The translations under genes were made by a program, and so were the position numbers. Under the pieces are notes generated by a model. That model did no database searches and was not told where the DNA came from. It saw only the letters and a program-made list of their open reading frames with translations. A stretch of 32,000 nt of DNA, taken from positions 3,480,001 through 3,512,000 of the forward strand of contig NC_017448.1 of NCBI RefSeq assembly GCF_000146505.1, in the 5' to 3' direction. Below are positions 1-9,012 of this stretch, piece after piece. The stretch's first letter is position 1; every line of letters starts with the position of its first letter. The stretch is from Fibrobacter succinogenes subsp. succinogenes S85 (lineage in GTDB: Bacteria > Fibrobacterota > Fibrobacteria > Fibrobacterales > Fibrobacteraceae).

Positions 1-25
1 ATGCGCGACTTCTGAAACGCGACTT

Positions 26-1444
26 TTACTTGTTCAAGCGTTCCGTTGCTTCGGCGACTGCAAGCAAGTCCGCTTCCTGGAACGGCTTGCCAATCCACTG
101 GAGGCCAACCGGGAGTCCGCCTGCCATACCGCACGGAACGCTCACGCCCGGGAGACCGGCGAGGTTCAAGCTAACGGTGTAGATGTCGGAGAGGTAAACG
201 GCCATCGGATCGGATTCGTTCATGCCGCACTTGAGCGGGAGACCCGGCATCGTCGGGCTTGCAATCACGTCGCAAGTCTTGAATGCTTCGGTGAAGTCGT
301 CCGTGATGAGGCGGCGGACCTTCTGGGCCTGCACGTAGTAAGCGTCATAGAAACCGGCGGAGAGAACGTAGCTTCCGAGGAGGATGCGGCGCTGCACTTC
401 CTTGCCGAAACCTTCACTGCGGGACTTGGCGTAAAGGTCGAAGAGCTTACGAGCTTCGGCACTGCGGTAGCCGTAACGCACACCGTCGTAGCGGCTGAGG
501 TTGGAGCTTGCTTCTGCCGTTGCAATGATGTAGTAGCTGGACACAGCGTAGCTGATGTGCGGGAGGCTCACTTCCTTGATCGTGGCGCCTTCGGCTTCCA
601 TCTTCTTGAGCATGTTTTCGATAGCGGCCTTGCATTCTGCATCGAGGCCTTCGCCAAAGTATTCCTTCGGAACGCCGATGACCTTGCCCTTAACGCCTGT
701 GCCGAGCTTTGCGGTAAAGTCTTCGGTCGGGCGAGTGCTCGTGGTGTTGTCGTGCGGGTCAATGCCGCAAATTGCACCGAGGAGCGTTGCGCAGTCACGA
801 ACGGTTGCACCGAACGGACCAATCTGGTCAAGAGAGCTTGCGTAGGCGAGAAGGCCGTAACGGGATACGCGACCGTAAGTCGGCTTTAAACCGACGACAC
901 CCGTGCAGGCAGCCGGCTGGCGGATGGATCCACCCGTGTCGGAACCGAGAGCGCAAGGAACCGTGCCAGAGGCGACGGCGACTGCGGAACCACCCGAGGA
1001 TCCACCTGGAACGCGGGATTCGTCGAGCGGATTCTTGACCGGGCCGTAGTAAGAGGTTTCGTTGCTGGAACCCATGGCGAATTCGTCCATGTTCGTCTTG
1101 CCGACGATGATGGCGCCTGCGGCTTCGAGCTTTTCAAGAGCCGTTGCTGTGTACGGGGCAACAAAGTTGTCGAGAATCTTGGAGGCTGCCGTGGTGCGTG
1201 TGCCGGTCAAGCACATGTTGTCCTTCACGGCGACCGGGATGCCATCGAGGGCGCCCAGAGACTTGCCTTCGGCGCGGCGCTTGTCGCTTTCCTTAGCGCG
1301 TTCGAGAGCGCGGTCGTTCAGCACCGAGATATAGGCGTTCAAATTCTTTGTAGATTCAATTTTTTCGAGGGAGGCCTGTGCGAGCTTTTCGGCAGTGGTG
1401 CTGCCGTTTGCAAGTTGAGCCTGAAGTTCCTGAATAGTCTGCAT
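26..1444 (-). CDS. gatA: Glutamyl-tRNA(Gln)/aspartyl-tRNA(Asn) amidotransferase subunit A
   Basis: Amidase-signature motifs 'GGSSGGSAVAVA' and 'GSDTGGSIRQPA', with GatA-like length and N-terminus. I prefer the ATG at 1444 (MQTIQELQ...) because GGAG lies upstream and it overlaps the preceding ORF's stop as TAATG. The track start at 1462 is a 6-codon-longer alternative. Confidence 0.93.
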   Translation of the reverse strand: MQTIQELQAQLANGSTTAEKLAQASLEKIESTKNLNAYISVLNDRALERAKESDKRRAEGKSLGALDGIPVAVKDNMCLTGTRTTAASKILDNFVAPYTATALEKLEAAGAIIVGKTNMDEFAMGSSNETSYYGPVKNPLDESRVPGGSSGGSAVAVASGTVPCALGSDTGGSIRQPAACTGVVGLKPTYGRVSRYGLLAYASSLDQIGPFGATVRDCATLLGAICGIDPHDNTTSTRPTEDFTAKLGTGVKGKVIGVPKEYFGEGLDAECKAAIENMLKKMEAEGATIKEVSLPHISYAVSSYYIIATAEASSNLSRYDGVRYGYRSAEARKLFDLYAKSRSEGFGKEVQRRILLGSYVLSAGFYDAYYVQAQKVRRLITDDFTEAFKTCDVIASPTMPGLPLKCGMNESDPMAVYLSDIYTVSLNLAGLPGVSVPCGMAGGLPVGLQWIGKPFQEADLLAVAEATERLNK

Positions 1445-1770
1445 TATCTTTCTCCGGACCATTTCATGATGTAAATAGCTAAAACCATGCCAACAAGGCC
1501 TAAGACGTTCCCTTTGAAGCCTAAACCAAGTGCAAATTTGACAAAGTACAAATCAATGACGACGGGTTGCGGTGTATCGCCAGAAAAACCGATACTGAAA
1601 TCGGGACCCGCTGTAAAGAAGTGGTGTACGCTATTATCGTAGCCACCTGCGTTCAAGAGTACTCCGAGTTCGCCAAATAAAGCTCCGACAGCTTCGCTCA
1701 AGATGCCGCCTAAAATAAGGCCGACAAAGATGAATAATAAGAGACGTCCTAGTGAGTTCTTGTGAGTCAT
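1444..1770 (-). CDS. Small two-TM membrane protein, DUF4321-like
   Basis: 108 aa with an N-terminal hydrophobic helix (LLLFIFVGLILGGILSEAVG), a C-terminal helix (VLGLVGMVLAIYI) and a Gly-rich middle. The architecture resembles DUF4321 as I remember it. Its stop overlaps the gatA start. Confidence 0.6.
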   Translation of the reverse strand: MTHKNSLGRLLLFIFVGLILGGILSEAVGALFGELGVLLNAGGYDNSVHHFFTAGPDFSIGFSGDTPQPVVIDLYFVKFALGLGFKGNVLGLVGMVLAIYIMKWSGER

Positions 1771-1775
1771 GCCCG

Positions 1776-1783
1776 CAAATATA
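1776..1783 (-). promoter_or_regulatory. TATATTTG box (Bacteroidetes-type -7-like element) 5 nt upstream of the ATG at 1770
   Basis: The minus strand reads ...CTATATTTGCGGGCATG. The same octamer class recurs at 13855, 15598, 22264(-) and 22477. Confidence 0.45.
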
Positions 1784-1788
1784 GTATT

Positions 1789-1814
1789 TCTCTCGTCTCT
1801 CGTCTCTCGTCTAT
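1789..1814. repeat. Tandem heptamer (TCTCGTC)x3 ending in CGTCTCTCGTCTAT
   Basis: Direct reading: tc-tctcgtc-tctcgtc-tctcgtc-tat. It lies between the CDF stop (1822) and the DUF4321 start (1770). The terminal 14-mer is repeated exactly at 3054-3067. Confidence 0.8.
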
Positions 1815-1821
1815 AATCTCA

Positions 1822-2943
1822 TTAACCCAAATCGATATCGGGTGAAACCTGTATCGTGAAGTCGGGGTAAAGCTCAGCTGCTTCGCTCTTGATGGTTTCG
1901 AGGGCTTCCTGGGCGTTTGCACCGAATTTGATGACCACGTCAAAGCGCATTTCCTTGGCTTCGATGTCCACGTAAAAACCGTGCATCTGGAGCGCCCAAT
2001 CGTGTGACTTGACTTTGTCTAAAATCGTGTCGCGGATTTTGGCGGATTCGTCGTTTTGGGTGTTGTAAGAGTAAACACCGATAGCGGTGAGGATGACGCC
2101 TGTTTCGCGGTAGACTTTCTTTTCGAGTTTGCGGGTGAGGGAATCCAGGTCGGCGACAGTCATGGAGTCGGGGAGTTCCACGTGCACGGAGGCGAGTTTC
2201 TTTTCGGGGCCGTAATCGTTAATGACGAGGTCGTATGCACCGTGGACGCCTTCTTCGCTGCGGATGAGGCTCTTGATTTGCTTGGTGAGTTCGTTGTCAT
2301 TTTTCTTGCCGAGCAAGTCGCTCACGGTGTCCTTCAACATTTCAAAGCCGGCCTTGATAATGAAAATGGAAATCAGAACGCCGACGTATGCTTCGAGCGA
2401 GAGACCCGTGAAAATGAAGATGAGTGCCGAGGCCAAAACGGAAAGGGAGAGGATGGCGTCAAAGAGCGCATCGGAGCCGGAGGCGATGAGTGAACCGGAA
2501 TTCACGCGCTCGCCTTGCGATTTCACGTAACGACCGAGGACGACTTTCACGACGACGGCGATGGCGATGATAACCAGTGAAACTGTGGAGTAATCGGCTT
2601 CTTCGGGGTGGATGATTTTCTTGACGGATTCCACGCAAGAGGTGATGCCCGCGTAAATCACAATGGAGGCGATGACCATGGCGGTCAGGTATTCAATGCG
2701 ACCGTAACCGAGCGGGTGCTTTTCGTTGGGCAATTTTCGCGAGAGCTTGTTGCCGACAATCGTGATGATGGACGAGAGTGCGTCCGAGAGGTTGTTCACG
2801 GCATCGAGAACGACGGCAATGGAGTTTGCCATAAGGCCGATAACCGCCTTGACGCTCGCGAGAATGACGTTGGTGACAATCCCGACAACGCTTGTCTTGA
2901 CGATGACCTTATTGCGGTTTTCTTCGTTGCAGTTCTTTGCCAT
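1822..2943 (-). CDS. Cation diffusion facilitator (CDF) family metal efflux transporter
   Basis: N-terminus 'SVVGIVTNVILASVKAVIGLMANSIAVVLDAVNNLSDALSS' and 'HPLGYGRIEYL' are typical of CDF/FieF-like TM domains. A C-terminal cytoplasmic domain is present. Confidence 0.88.
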   Translation of the reverse strand: MAKNCNEENRNKVIVKTSVVGIVTNVILASVKAVIGLMANSIAVVLDAVNNLSDALSSIITIVGNKLSRKLPNEKHPLGYGRIEYLTAMVIASIVIYAGITSCVESVKKIIHPEEADYSTVSLVIIAIAVVVKVVLGRYVKSQGERVNSGSLIASGSDALFDAILSLSVLASALIFIFTGLSLEAYVGVLISIFIIKAGFEMLKDTVSDLLGKKNDNELTKQIKSLIRSEEGVHGAYDLVINDYGPEKKLASVHVELPDSMTVADLDSLTRKLEKKVYRETGVILTAIGVYSYNTQNDESAKIRDTILDKVKSHDWALQMHGFYVDIEAKEMRFDVVIKFGANAQEALETIKSEAAELYPDFTIQVSPDIDLG

Positions 2944-3053
2944 ATGATTCTCCTACTAATTTTTCTTTGGATTATCGCTTTGCTCTAATCCCAAATGCTA
3001 ACCTCGGTCATGCCAAAACAAGTTTTGTCGCGACTCTCGGCTTTCGCATTTGT

Positions 3054-3067
3054 CGTCTCTCGTCTAT
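3054..3067. repeat. Second copy of the 14-mer CGTCTCTCGTCTAT, overlapping the ung stop codon
   Basis: Exact match to 1801-1814. Both copies lie at or just after the stop codon of a minus-strand gene. Confidence 0.75.
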
Positions 3068-3741
3068 TTTATGCTCCAGTCAATGGGTTCAAGTCCTTTG
3101 CTGACAAGGTAAGCGTTTGCTTTGCTGAAGTGCTTGCAACCGAAGAACCCGCGGTACGCCGAGAGCGGGCTCGGGTGCGGGGCGGTGAGAATCAGGTGAC
3201 CGCGATTGGGCGCGATGAGCACTTGTTTTTTGATGGCGAAGCTGCCCCAGAGCAAAAAGACGAGGTTCTCGCGGACTTGCGAAAGTCGCTGGATAATCGT
3301 GTCCGTGAACTGCTGCCAGCCAATGCCGGCGTGACTTGCCGCCATGTGGGCGCGCACCGTGAGCGAAGCGTTCAAAAGCAAAATTCCCTGGTGAGCCCAA
3401 CCTTCCAGGTTTCCGTGGGGTGGCGGTGTGATGCCGAGATCGTCGTGGAGTTCCTGGAAAATGTTGATGAGGGACGGCGGCGGCTCAATGCCAAATGGCA
3501 CCGAGAAGCAAAGCCCGTGAGCCTGGCCCGGATTGTGGTACGGGTCTTGTCCGATGATGACTGCCTTGACTTTATCGACGGGACAATAGTCGAGTGCTGC
3601 AAAAATCTGTGGTCCAGGAGGATACACCACGTGATGCTCCGCGTGTTCCTGCAAAAGTTTTGCCTTAATTTGCTTAAAATACGGCTGTTCAAACTGGTCG
3701 GCGAGCAGTTTTAGCCAAGATTCTTCAAGTTTGACGGACAT
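3064..3741 (-). CDS. ung: Uracil-DNA glycosylase (family 1)
   Basis: 'VIIGQDPYHNPGQAHGLCFSV' (water-activating loop) and 'HPSPLSA' (Leu-intercalation loop), with canonical ~225 aa length. Confidence 0.95.
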   Translation of the reverse strand: MSVKLEESWLKLLADQFEQPYFKQIKAKLLQEHAEHHVVYPPGPQIFAALDYCPVDKVKAVIIGQDPYHNPGQAHGLCFSVPFGIEPPPSLINIFQELHDDLGITPPPHGNLEGWAHQGILLLNASLTVRAHMAASHAGIGWQQFTDTIIQRLSQVRENLVFLLWGSFAIKKQVLIAPNRGHLILTAPHPSPLSAYRGFFGCKHFSKANAYLVSKGLEPIDWSIK

Positions 3742-3862
3742 AGGGCTATGGGGTTGTGAGGTAATGGGGTATGGGGTTAAAGTATGGCACCGTAGGTGCG
3801 ATTAAATATGCCCAGAGGGAGCCGCGGGCGACCGACCTCAAAGCGAGTGAATGCGAGCGTGC

Positions 3863-5197
3863 TCATAGCTCATTCCTCCTCGTAAGTATCGCGATTTTCT
3901 CGCCGTCGAGGCGTGTGTAGAATAGCGTTGCTGTGTTCTTGCCCTTGGGCTTGAGTCGCTTGATTTCTTGGTCGGGATCGACTTTGACGCCTCGCAGCTT
4001 GAGCGTGAGTTTTCCGATGTCGTGCGATTTGAGCATCGCGCGGACGGCGCCTGTCGAAATCTCGGACGATTCCAAAATCTCGTAGTTGGCGAAAGCGGGG
4101 GCGGGGAGCGGCTTTTCGCTTGTCACGTAAGCGATGCCCGGAGAAATCAGGTGCGTCGTTTCGTCGTGGGCGAGGGCGACCACTCCAAAGAGGTGGCTGC
4201 GGAGCAACACCGGCGCGGGTTCTGCGATGAACTTTGAAATCCCGCCGAGAGGCAAGTCGGATTCGCTGCTCGATGTGCGGTAAATGCGGTCGCGACCTTC
4301 GAGTTCGTAATTGTGGTCGTATTGCGATTGTTCGCTCTCGTTGCGGGCTTCGCGCTTCTCGTCGCGGGCGAACGTCCAGTTGGCAATTTCGTTCCCTGTT
4401 TTGTCGACCATTACAGCGCGGACATGGTCGGGATTCTTGGCGAGTTCGCCGAACAGCACCAAACATTCGCGGCAGTCCGTGCGCGAACCGATGTACAGGA
4501 TTTCTGTGCCACGCGGAATTTCGCAAATAGGGTAGCCGGGCGGAATTTTAGCCATGCCGCCTTTGTAATGCTTTGAAATCTCGATGACTTCTTCGAATGT
4601 AGGCGTAAGGTTGCGCAAGTCGCGCTGGTTCTCGCCTTCGATGGCTCGACGGGCAGGGTCAATCGTGAAATAATCGGCGTGTTGGGCGTCTGATGTTGCG
4701 TTGGAGTGCGCCGCGACTTCGCGGACATCGGCGAGGATGCTGTGTGCGTCGCTGGATTCTGGCGACGCACACAGCATCACGCTGCTGTTGTAGCGGTACA
4801 TCGCAAGGCGGTTTTCGTCAAGGTCCACACCGATGGCGGTCAGTTCCTTCGGCAAAAAGAAGGAATCCCCGCCCATGCCGCAGCAAAGGTCGTGAACGGT
4901 TTTGCCTACGGCTTCGGGTCCACTTGGCCACAAGTTTGCTTTCCAACGCCCGATATCTTGTGCGGTGCTCTGTTCCAACGCTAATTTGTCGCAAAGGAGG
5001 AATTCGGTGTTTTCGATTCCGAATTTTTCGCGAAATTTTGGCACGAGAGCCATATAGTCCATAATGGCGGCTCGTTCTTCGTTGCTGAATTCCTTGGCTA
5101 GCTGCGTCGAAACTTGCAATGCATCCAATTTTTTCTTGGTTGCAAGCTTGATGAAATCCTGAACTTTAGCCGAAGTGAGTAAATCCGCGTTGAACAT
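3863..5197 (-). CDS. Class I SAM-dependent methyltransferase with a THUMP-like C-terminal region
   Basis: SAM motif I-like 'VHDLCCGMGGDSFFL', with 'LEQSTAQDIGRWKANL' upstream as in the THUMP-like-domain methyltransferase family. The substrate is unknown. Confidence 0.6.
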   Translation of the reverse strand: MFNADLLTSAKVQDFIKLATKKKLDALQVSTQLAKEFSNEERAAIMDYMALVPKFREKFGIENTEFLLCDKLALEQSTAQDIGRWKANLWPSGPEAVGKTVHDLCCGMGGDSFFLPKELTAIGVDLDENRLAMYRYNSSVMLCASPESSDAHSILADVREVAAHSNATSDAQHADYFTIDPARRAIEGENQRDLRNLTPTFEEVIEISKHYKGGMAKIPPGYPICEIPRGTEILYIGSRTDCRECLVLFGELAKNPDHVRAVMVDKTGNEIANWTFARDEKREARNESEQSQYDHNYELEGRDRIYRTSSSESDLPLGGISKFIAEPAPVLLRSHLFGVVALAHDETTHLISPGIAYVTSEKPLPAPAFANYEILESSEISTGAVRAMLKSHDIGKLTLKLRGVKVDPDQEIKRLKPKGKNTATLFYTRLDGEKIAILTRRNEL

Positions 5198-5325
5198 GCT
5201 AGAAATTTAATTTTTATGCGGGAATTTTACAATTTAAAATTTTGAGGATTAGCGATTAAGATGTATTTTTATGTATGTCATTCCCGCCTCTGAGCGGAAA
5301 TCTCCTTTAATAGGATTGGGTTGGT

Positions 5326-6834
5326 ATGAAGTTTTTGAAAAATCTTGCGGCGTGCGTGTCTTGCGCTTCTGTTGCTTTGCTAATGCAATCTTGTGGTGAC
5401 GATACGGCTTTGTCGCCTGTTTATGCTTTAAGTTCTTCGTCTGCGCAGGAGTCGCTTGAATCATCATCGAGTGTGCAGGAGTCCTCGGCTCAGGAATCCT
5501 CGTCATCTGTTGAAAATTTATCGTCTTCTTGCCAAGATGGTGACTCCTCGTCTTCAGAAACATCTTTGTCGGCAGGGACTGAATCGTCTTCATCCGTGGC
5601 GACATCGTCTGAAATAGAACCGACGTCGTCTGAAACGTTGCAGAATTCTTCATCGTCCGAAGCTCAGTCATCGGTGGCTGAAGCATCGTCGTCTTCTAAT
5701 GCGTCGCAACCCTCCTCTGCAATAGAATCCTCGTCATCGCAAGCGCCCAGTTCATCTTCTGAAACTCCGAGTTCTTCTTCGGCCCAACCCATAAAAATAG
5801 ACTTCTACAACGGCGCCGACATCTCTGAAGTCCAGGAATACGAACGAAATAATACGAAGTTCTACGATGTCGATGGCAAAGAAAGCGATATCTTCACAAT
5901 CCTGAAAAATCACGGATTTAACTCCATTCGCTTGCGCACGTTTGTTTCGCCCAAGGCAAAGTACGGCTATGCGGCGAGCGGTTGCGGTCATGATTCCGAA
6001 GCGTATGGTGACAAAGACCACGTTGTTGCTTTTGCCAAGATAGTCAAAGCGGCGGGCATGGGGCTTCTCGTTGATATCCATTACAGCGATGTCTGGGCGG
6101 ATCCTGGCAAGCAGATTATCCCCGAACGCTGGCGTAACGTGAATAATGCCAATGCGATGGCGGATTCCGTGTACGCATACACCAAGGATTTGATGATTGC
6201 ACTTAAGAATGCCGGTGCAACGCCAGACATGGTGCAAGTTGGCAATGAAACGACTCCTGGCATCTTGATCCACAAGCCAAACAGCAAAACAGACTGTTGG
6301 GGAAATGGTGTCGATAAGGCTGCGACTTCTGTCAATGGCGATATGGGAACATCGGCGGGCAAGGCAAATGCCGCCAAGTATTTCAATGCAGGCATCAAGG
6401 CCGTCAAGGAAGTTTCGCCATCAACGAAAACAGTGCTCCACATCGAAAGTATCCGCAAAGAAGAAACAGTTAAATGGTGGATGGGCGTCATCTTTGATGA
6501 CTATAAAATCCCTGCTGACGTGATGGGCTTCTCCGCTTACACGGCATACGGCGACGGCACACCCGATAAGTGGAAGAATTTGTTCAATACGATTACGACA
6601 AAGTATTCAAAATTGGAATTTATCGTTGCGGAATACAACGGCGGCGATTCCGATAACCACTACAATTTTGATAAGTCCCGCCAAAAGACTCGTGAATCCG
6701 TCCGCGAAATGAACCGCTGGATCGGCTCGTTCTTCTGGGAACCGACAATCGGCGGTGCGTGGGGCTCGGGACTTTTTGACTGGCGTGGTAAAGATGTTTA
6801 CGCCAACGCCAAGGCTTTCGAAGAATTTTACTAA
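5326..6834 (+). CDS. Lipoprotein arabinogalactan endo-beta-1,4-galactanase (GH53) with a long Ser-rich linker
   Basis: Lipobox 'LLMQSC', ~130 aa of Ser-rich linker, then 'GADISEVQEYE...FNSIRLRTFV', 'VQVGNETTPG' (acid/base Glu) and 'FIVAEYN' (nucleophile Glu), all typical of GH53. Confidence 0.85.
   Translation: MKFLKNLAACVSCASVALLMQSCGDDTALSPVYALSSSSAQESLESSSSVQESSAQESSSSVENLSSSCQDGDSSSSETSLSAGTESSSSVATSSEIEPTSSETLQNSSSSEAQSSVAEASSSSNASQPSSAIESSSSQAPSSSSETPSSSSAQPIKIDFYNGADISEVQEYERNNTKFYDVDGKESDIFTILKNHGFNSIRLRTFVSPKAKYGYAASGCGHDSEAYGDKDHVVAFAKIVKAAGMGLLVDIHYSDVWADPGKQIIPERWRNVNNANAMADSVYAYTKDLMIALKNAGATPDMVQVGNETTPGILIHKPNSKTDCWGNGVDKAATSVNGDMGTSAGKANAAKYFNAGIKAVKEVSPSTKTVLHIESIRKEETVKWWMGVIFDDYKIPADVMGFSAYTAYGDGTPDKWKNLFNTITTKYSKLEFIVAEYNGGDSDNHYNFDKSRQKTRESVREMNRWIGSFFWEPTIGGAWGSGLFDWRGKDVYANAKAFEEFY
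6797..6834 (+). repeat. Direct repeat, left copy. This is the functional 3' end of the GH53 gene (VYANAKAFEEFY*)
   Basis: 33/38 nt identical to 9013-9050 by hand alignment. Confidence 0.9.
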
Positions 6835-6853
6835 AGCGAAGATTTACAAAACA

Positions 6854-6886
6854 AGCCTCTCCGAATTGGAGAGGCTGCATTTTTTA
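6854..6886 (+). terminator. Rho-independent terminator after the GH53 gene
   Basis: Stem agcctctcc / ggagaggct with loop gaatt, followed by gcatttttta. Confidence 0.75.
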
Positions 6887-7188
6887 TATCACAAATCAGA
6901 CTTTTCTCAATCAAGCAAACGCTCTTTCGTCAAGGTTTTTATTGAAGTTGAAAAACTACAAAATCGGCTATTGGCGTTTATTTTGCTTGGAATACAATAA
7001 GTCCTTCATTCGTTATCCGTACTATTTTCTATGATGTCTCTATCAAGTAGTTCAACAACTAGTTGGTATGTCATAACTTTTGCAATCTATGCAGATTGCA
7101 TTATCAATTACAAAGAATCTGTGTGAGTTTTTCTACAGTGCAGAATTTATCTATAACGATTCAAAATTAATTTATATATTCTGGCTGC

Positions 7189-8157
7189 CTATCCCTTTAT
7201 CTTTGGTGGTGTAATTAGTTCTTCTATCCATTTTATCGTTTTATTTGTTGCTTCTGTATCATGCTTAAACACATAGTAATATAGTGTACCTATTGCTAAC
7301 GCTGCGTCTCCGTGATTTAAGCTTCCTGCCATTTGGTGACCGATGATCGAACAAATTTTACCAAGAGCTTTGTCATCTAGTTCTGTGGTTGGAATTGATG
7401 AAACTTCATGAATTTTGGAATTCACTTCTGAACGGAACTTTTCGGTGGATTTATTCAATTCGTACAATATCGGAGTTAAAAGTCGGCGTGATGCTTTTCG
7501 GTTGTCATTTATGTAGTTATCACTAAATGATGGTCTACCGCGTTTTCGTGTTCCTTGCCATATTTCCGAAATGGTTTCACATAAATCATCTATAGTCAGC
7601 ATCCAGCATCCTCCTGTAGAGACCAAACGCTTCAAGTCTGTAATGCAAGCAGATATGGTTATATCATCATTCAGGATTATAGCGATAAATAAATCGCGTG
7701 TTCGTTCAGGGAGCGTTCCTAATTCTGGTTCGAGTAATGCCTGAACAGTGTCTTTATACTTGCTGCCAAATGATGTTTTGGATACCAAAGGGATTCCTGG
7801 ATTTTGTTTGTTTATTGTGAGGCGAATATTGTCTTTTTCCTTTGGGTTGAAATCGTTGCCATGATCCCAGCGCTTTAATAATTCTGTGCATATCAATTGT
7901 AGGGTTTCTATGGATAGTGTTTCTACTGGATCTGGTGTAATTTTTTGTATTTCTTTCAGCAATGCAGTTCTGTATGCTGATTTGTCTTTTTGTATTGCTT
8001 CAATGGCGTGTTCTATTAAAATTCTATCGCCAGAATGTTTCCAAAATACGAGTTTGCCAGTGCTAAAAATTAATGTTTTATACGCACTCCATGCTAGAAA
8101 ATATCCTATTGGTTTTATTACACACCAATCAAGAATAACCTTGAAATCTATATCCAT
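7189..8157 (-). CDS. Hypothetical protein (322 aa), hydrophobic N-terminus, no family recognised
   Basis: Long uninterrupted ORF in AT-rich DNA, where stops are frequent, 64 nt downstream of the 211-aa ORF on the same strand. Confidence 0.6.
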   Translation of the reverse strand: MDIDFKVILDWCVIKPIGYFLAWSAYKTLIFSTGKLVFWKHSGDRILIEHAIEAIQKDKSAYRTALLKEIQKITPDPVETLSIETLQLICTELLKRWDHGNDFNPKEKDNIRLTINKQNPGIPLVSKTSFGSKYKDTVQALLEPELGTLPERTRDLFIAIILNDDITISACITDLKRLVSTGGCWMLTIDDLCETISEIWQGTRKRGRPSFSDNYINDNRKASRRLLTPILYELNKSTEKFRSEVNSKIHEVSSIPTTELDDKALGKICSIIGHQMAGSLNHGDAALAIGTLYYYVFKHDTEATNKTIKWIEELITPPKIKG

Positions 8158-8221
8158 AGAATCAACACCTTTGTTGTAATTTTTTATGGAAATGTAACAA
8201 ACAATTAAAGGACTCTAACTC

Positions 8222-8857
8222 TTACATTTTATTATCTGCATCTTGAATAATATCCAATATACATTTGGTTACATTGTTGTTGGGTGGAAGTTTGCTGTTT
8301 CTGTATAAAAAATTGCATGTTTTTGTAGATTTCCCGCTTAATCTGTGCGGAAAATTGAGAACCGTATTATAAACTCGGTTGAAACACTTTGGCAAATGTT
8401 TATATCTCCATGGTCGCCCATTTATACCCCACATAATAACCTCAATCAGCAAGTTGTTCATCTCATAGGGTGTATACACTTCAATAGCTGGTTCCATTTG
8501 CTTGGATTTATAATCATTGAACCAAGACTTTGCTTCGTTAATGAAATCTGTATCATTTGGAAATGCATCCTTGCCTGTGGTGCCGTTCCATACAAGATGT
8601 AGTTCAAATAAGCACCATATATAATGTTCGCTAGTTAAAGTCGCCAAACTCAATGTGCTGCTTGATTGTCCGTTTGATATATGGAATCGTTCATTTAAAT
8701 TATACAGGGCCATTCTACATGCTTTCAATCGTTTTCGCTCTAATCTGGCTTCTTTACCAAAATACGCAAATATTTTAGTAAATGTGGCATATACAATTGA
8801 TGCGAGAAAACCACCAACGATACCGGTTACCCACGGGTCATTCCAATAATCAGTCAT
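8222..8857 (-). CDS. Hypothetical membrane-anchored protein (211 aa), no family recognised
   Basis: ATG preceded by ACGGAGTAAAAC (SD-like). One clear N-terminal TM helix (VTGIVGGFLASIVYATFTKIFAYF) followed by a Trp/Asn-rich soluble part. Confidence 0.6.
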   Translation of the reverse strand: MTDYWNDPWVTGIVGGFLASIVYATFTKIFAYFGKEARLERKRLKACRMALYNLNERFHISNGQSSSTLSLATLTSEHYIWCLFELHLVWNGTTGKDAFPNDTDFINEAKSWFNDYKSKQMEPAIEVYTPYEMNNLLIEVIMWGINGRPWRYKHLPKCFNRVYNTVLNFPHRLSGKSTKTCNFLYRNSKLPPNNNVTKCILDIIQDADNKM

Positions 8858-9012
8858 GTTTTACTCCGTCATTGCTTTGGGTTGTGTTAAATCAATATAA
8901 TCATAATCAAAAAATAGACAAAAAGATTGAGTTGCTTAATGAGATGAGGAGTGTCTTACATACATTAGATATTGATAATGTAGATTGGCTAAATTAAACT
9001 ATTGTAACGACC

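Larger units (their letters stand above)
6835..9012. other. AT-rich inserted islet (about 2.2 kb) with no integrase or transposase
   Basis: Abrupt fall in G+C by eye (roughly one third versus about one half in the flanks; not computed). Bounded by the 38-nt direct repeats. Carries two orphan minus-strand ORFs. Confidence 0.7.

Noticed and set aside
1789-1814. Tandem heptamers as a possible CRISPR or minisatellite
   Set aside because: The unit is only 7 nt with no spacers and there are only three copies. It is not a CRISPR array and is kept only as a simple repeat.
2995-3714. 239-aa plus-strand ORF overlapping ung
   Set aside because: The minus-strand frame has both UNG catalytic motifs, so the plus-strand ORF is an antisense artefact.
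5440-5790. Repetitive TC(G/A)TC(A/T)TC DNA in the GH53 gene, plus the 145-aa antisense ORF at 5249-5686
   Set aside because: It encodes the Ser-rich interdomain linker typical of secreted Fibrobacter enzymes. The repetitiveness reflects codon-level low complexity, and the antisense ORF is an artefact.
7081-7100. Hairpin tgcaatct-atgc-agattgca downstream of the 322-aa ORF as its terminator
   Set aside because: The stem is short and AT-rich with no following T-tract on the minus strand. That is not enough evidence to annotate it.
6835-9012. Calling the AT-rich islet a bona fide mobile element (IS, transposon or prophage)
   Set aside because: No transposase, integrase, terminal inverted repeats or phage genes are visible. 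Only the duplicated target-gene end and the composition support horizontal origin, so it is reported as an insertion scar with cargo rather than a classified element.
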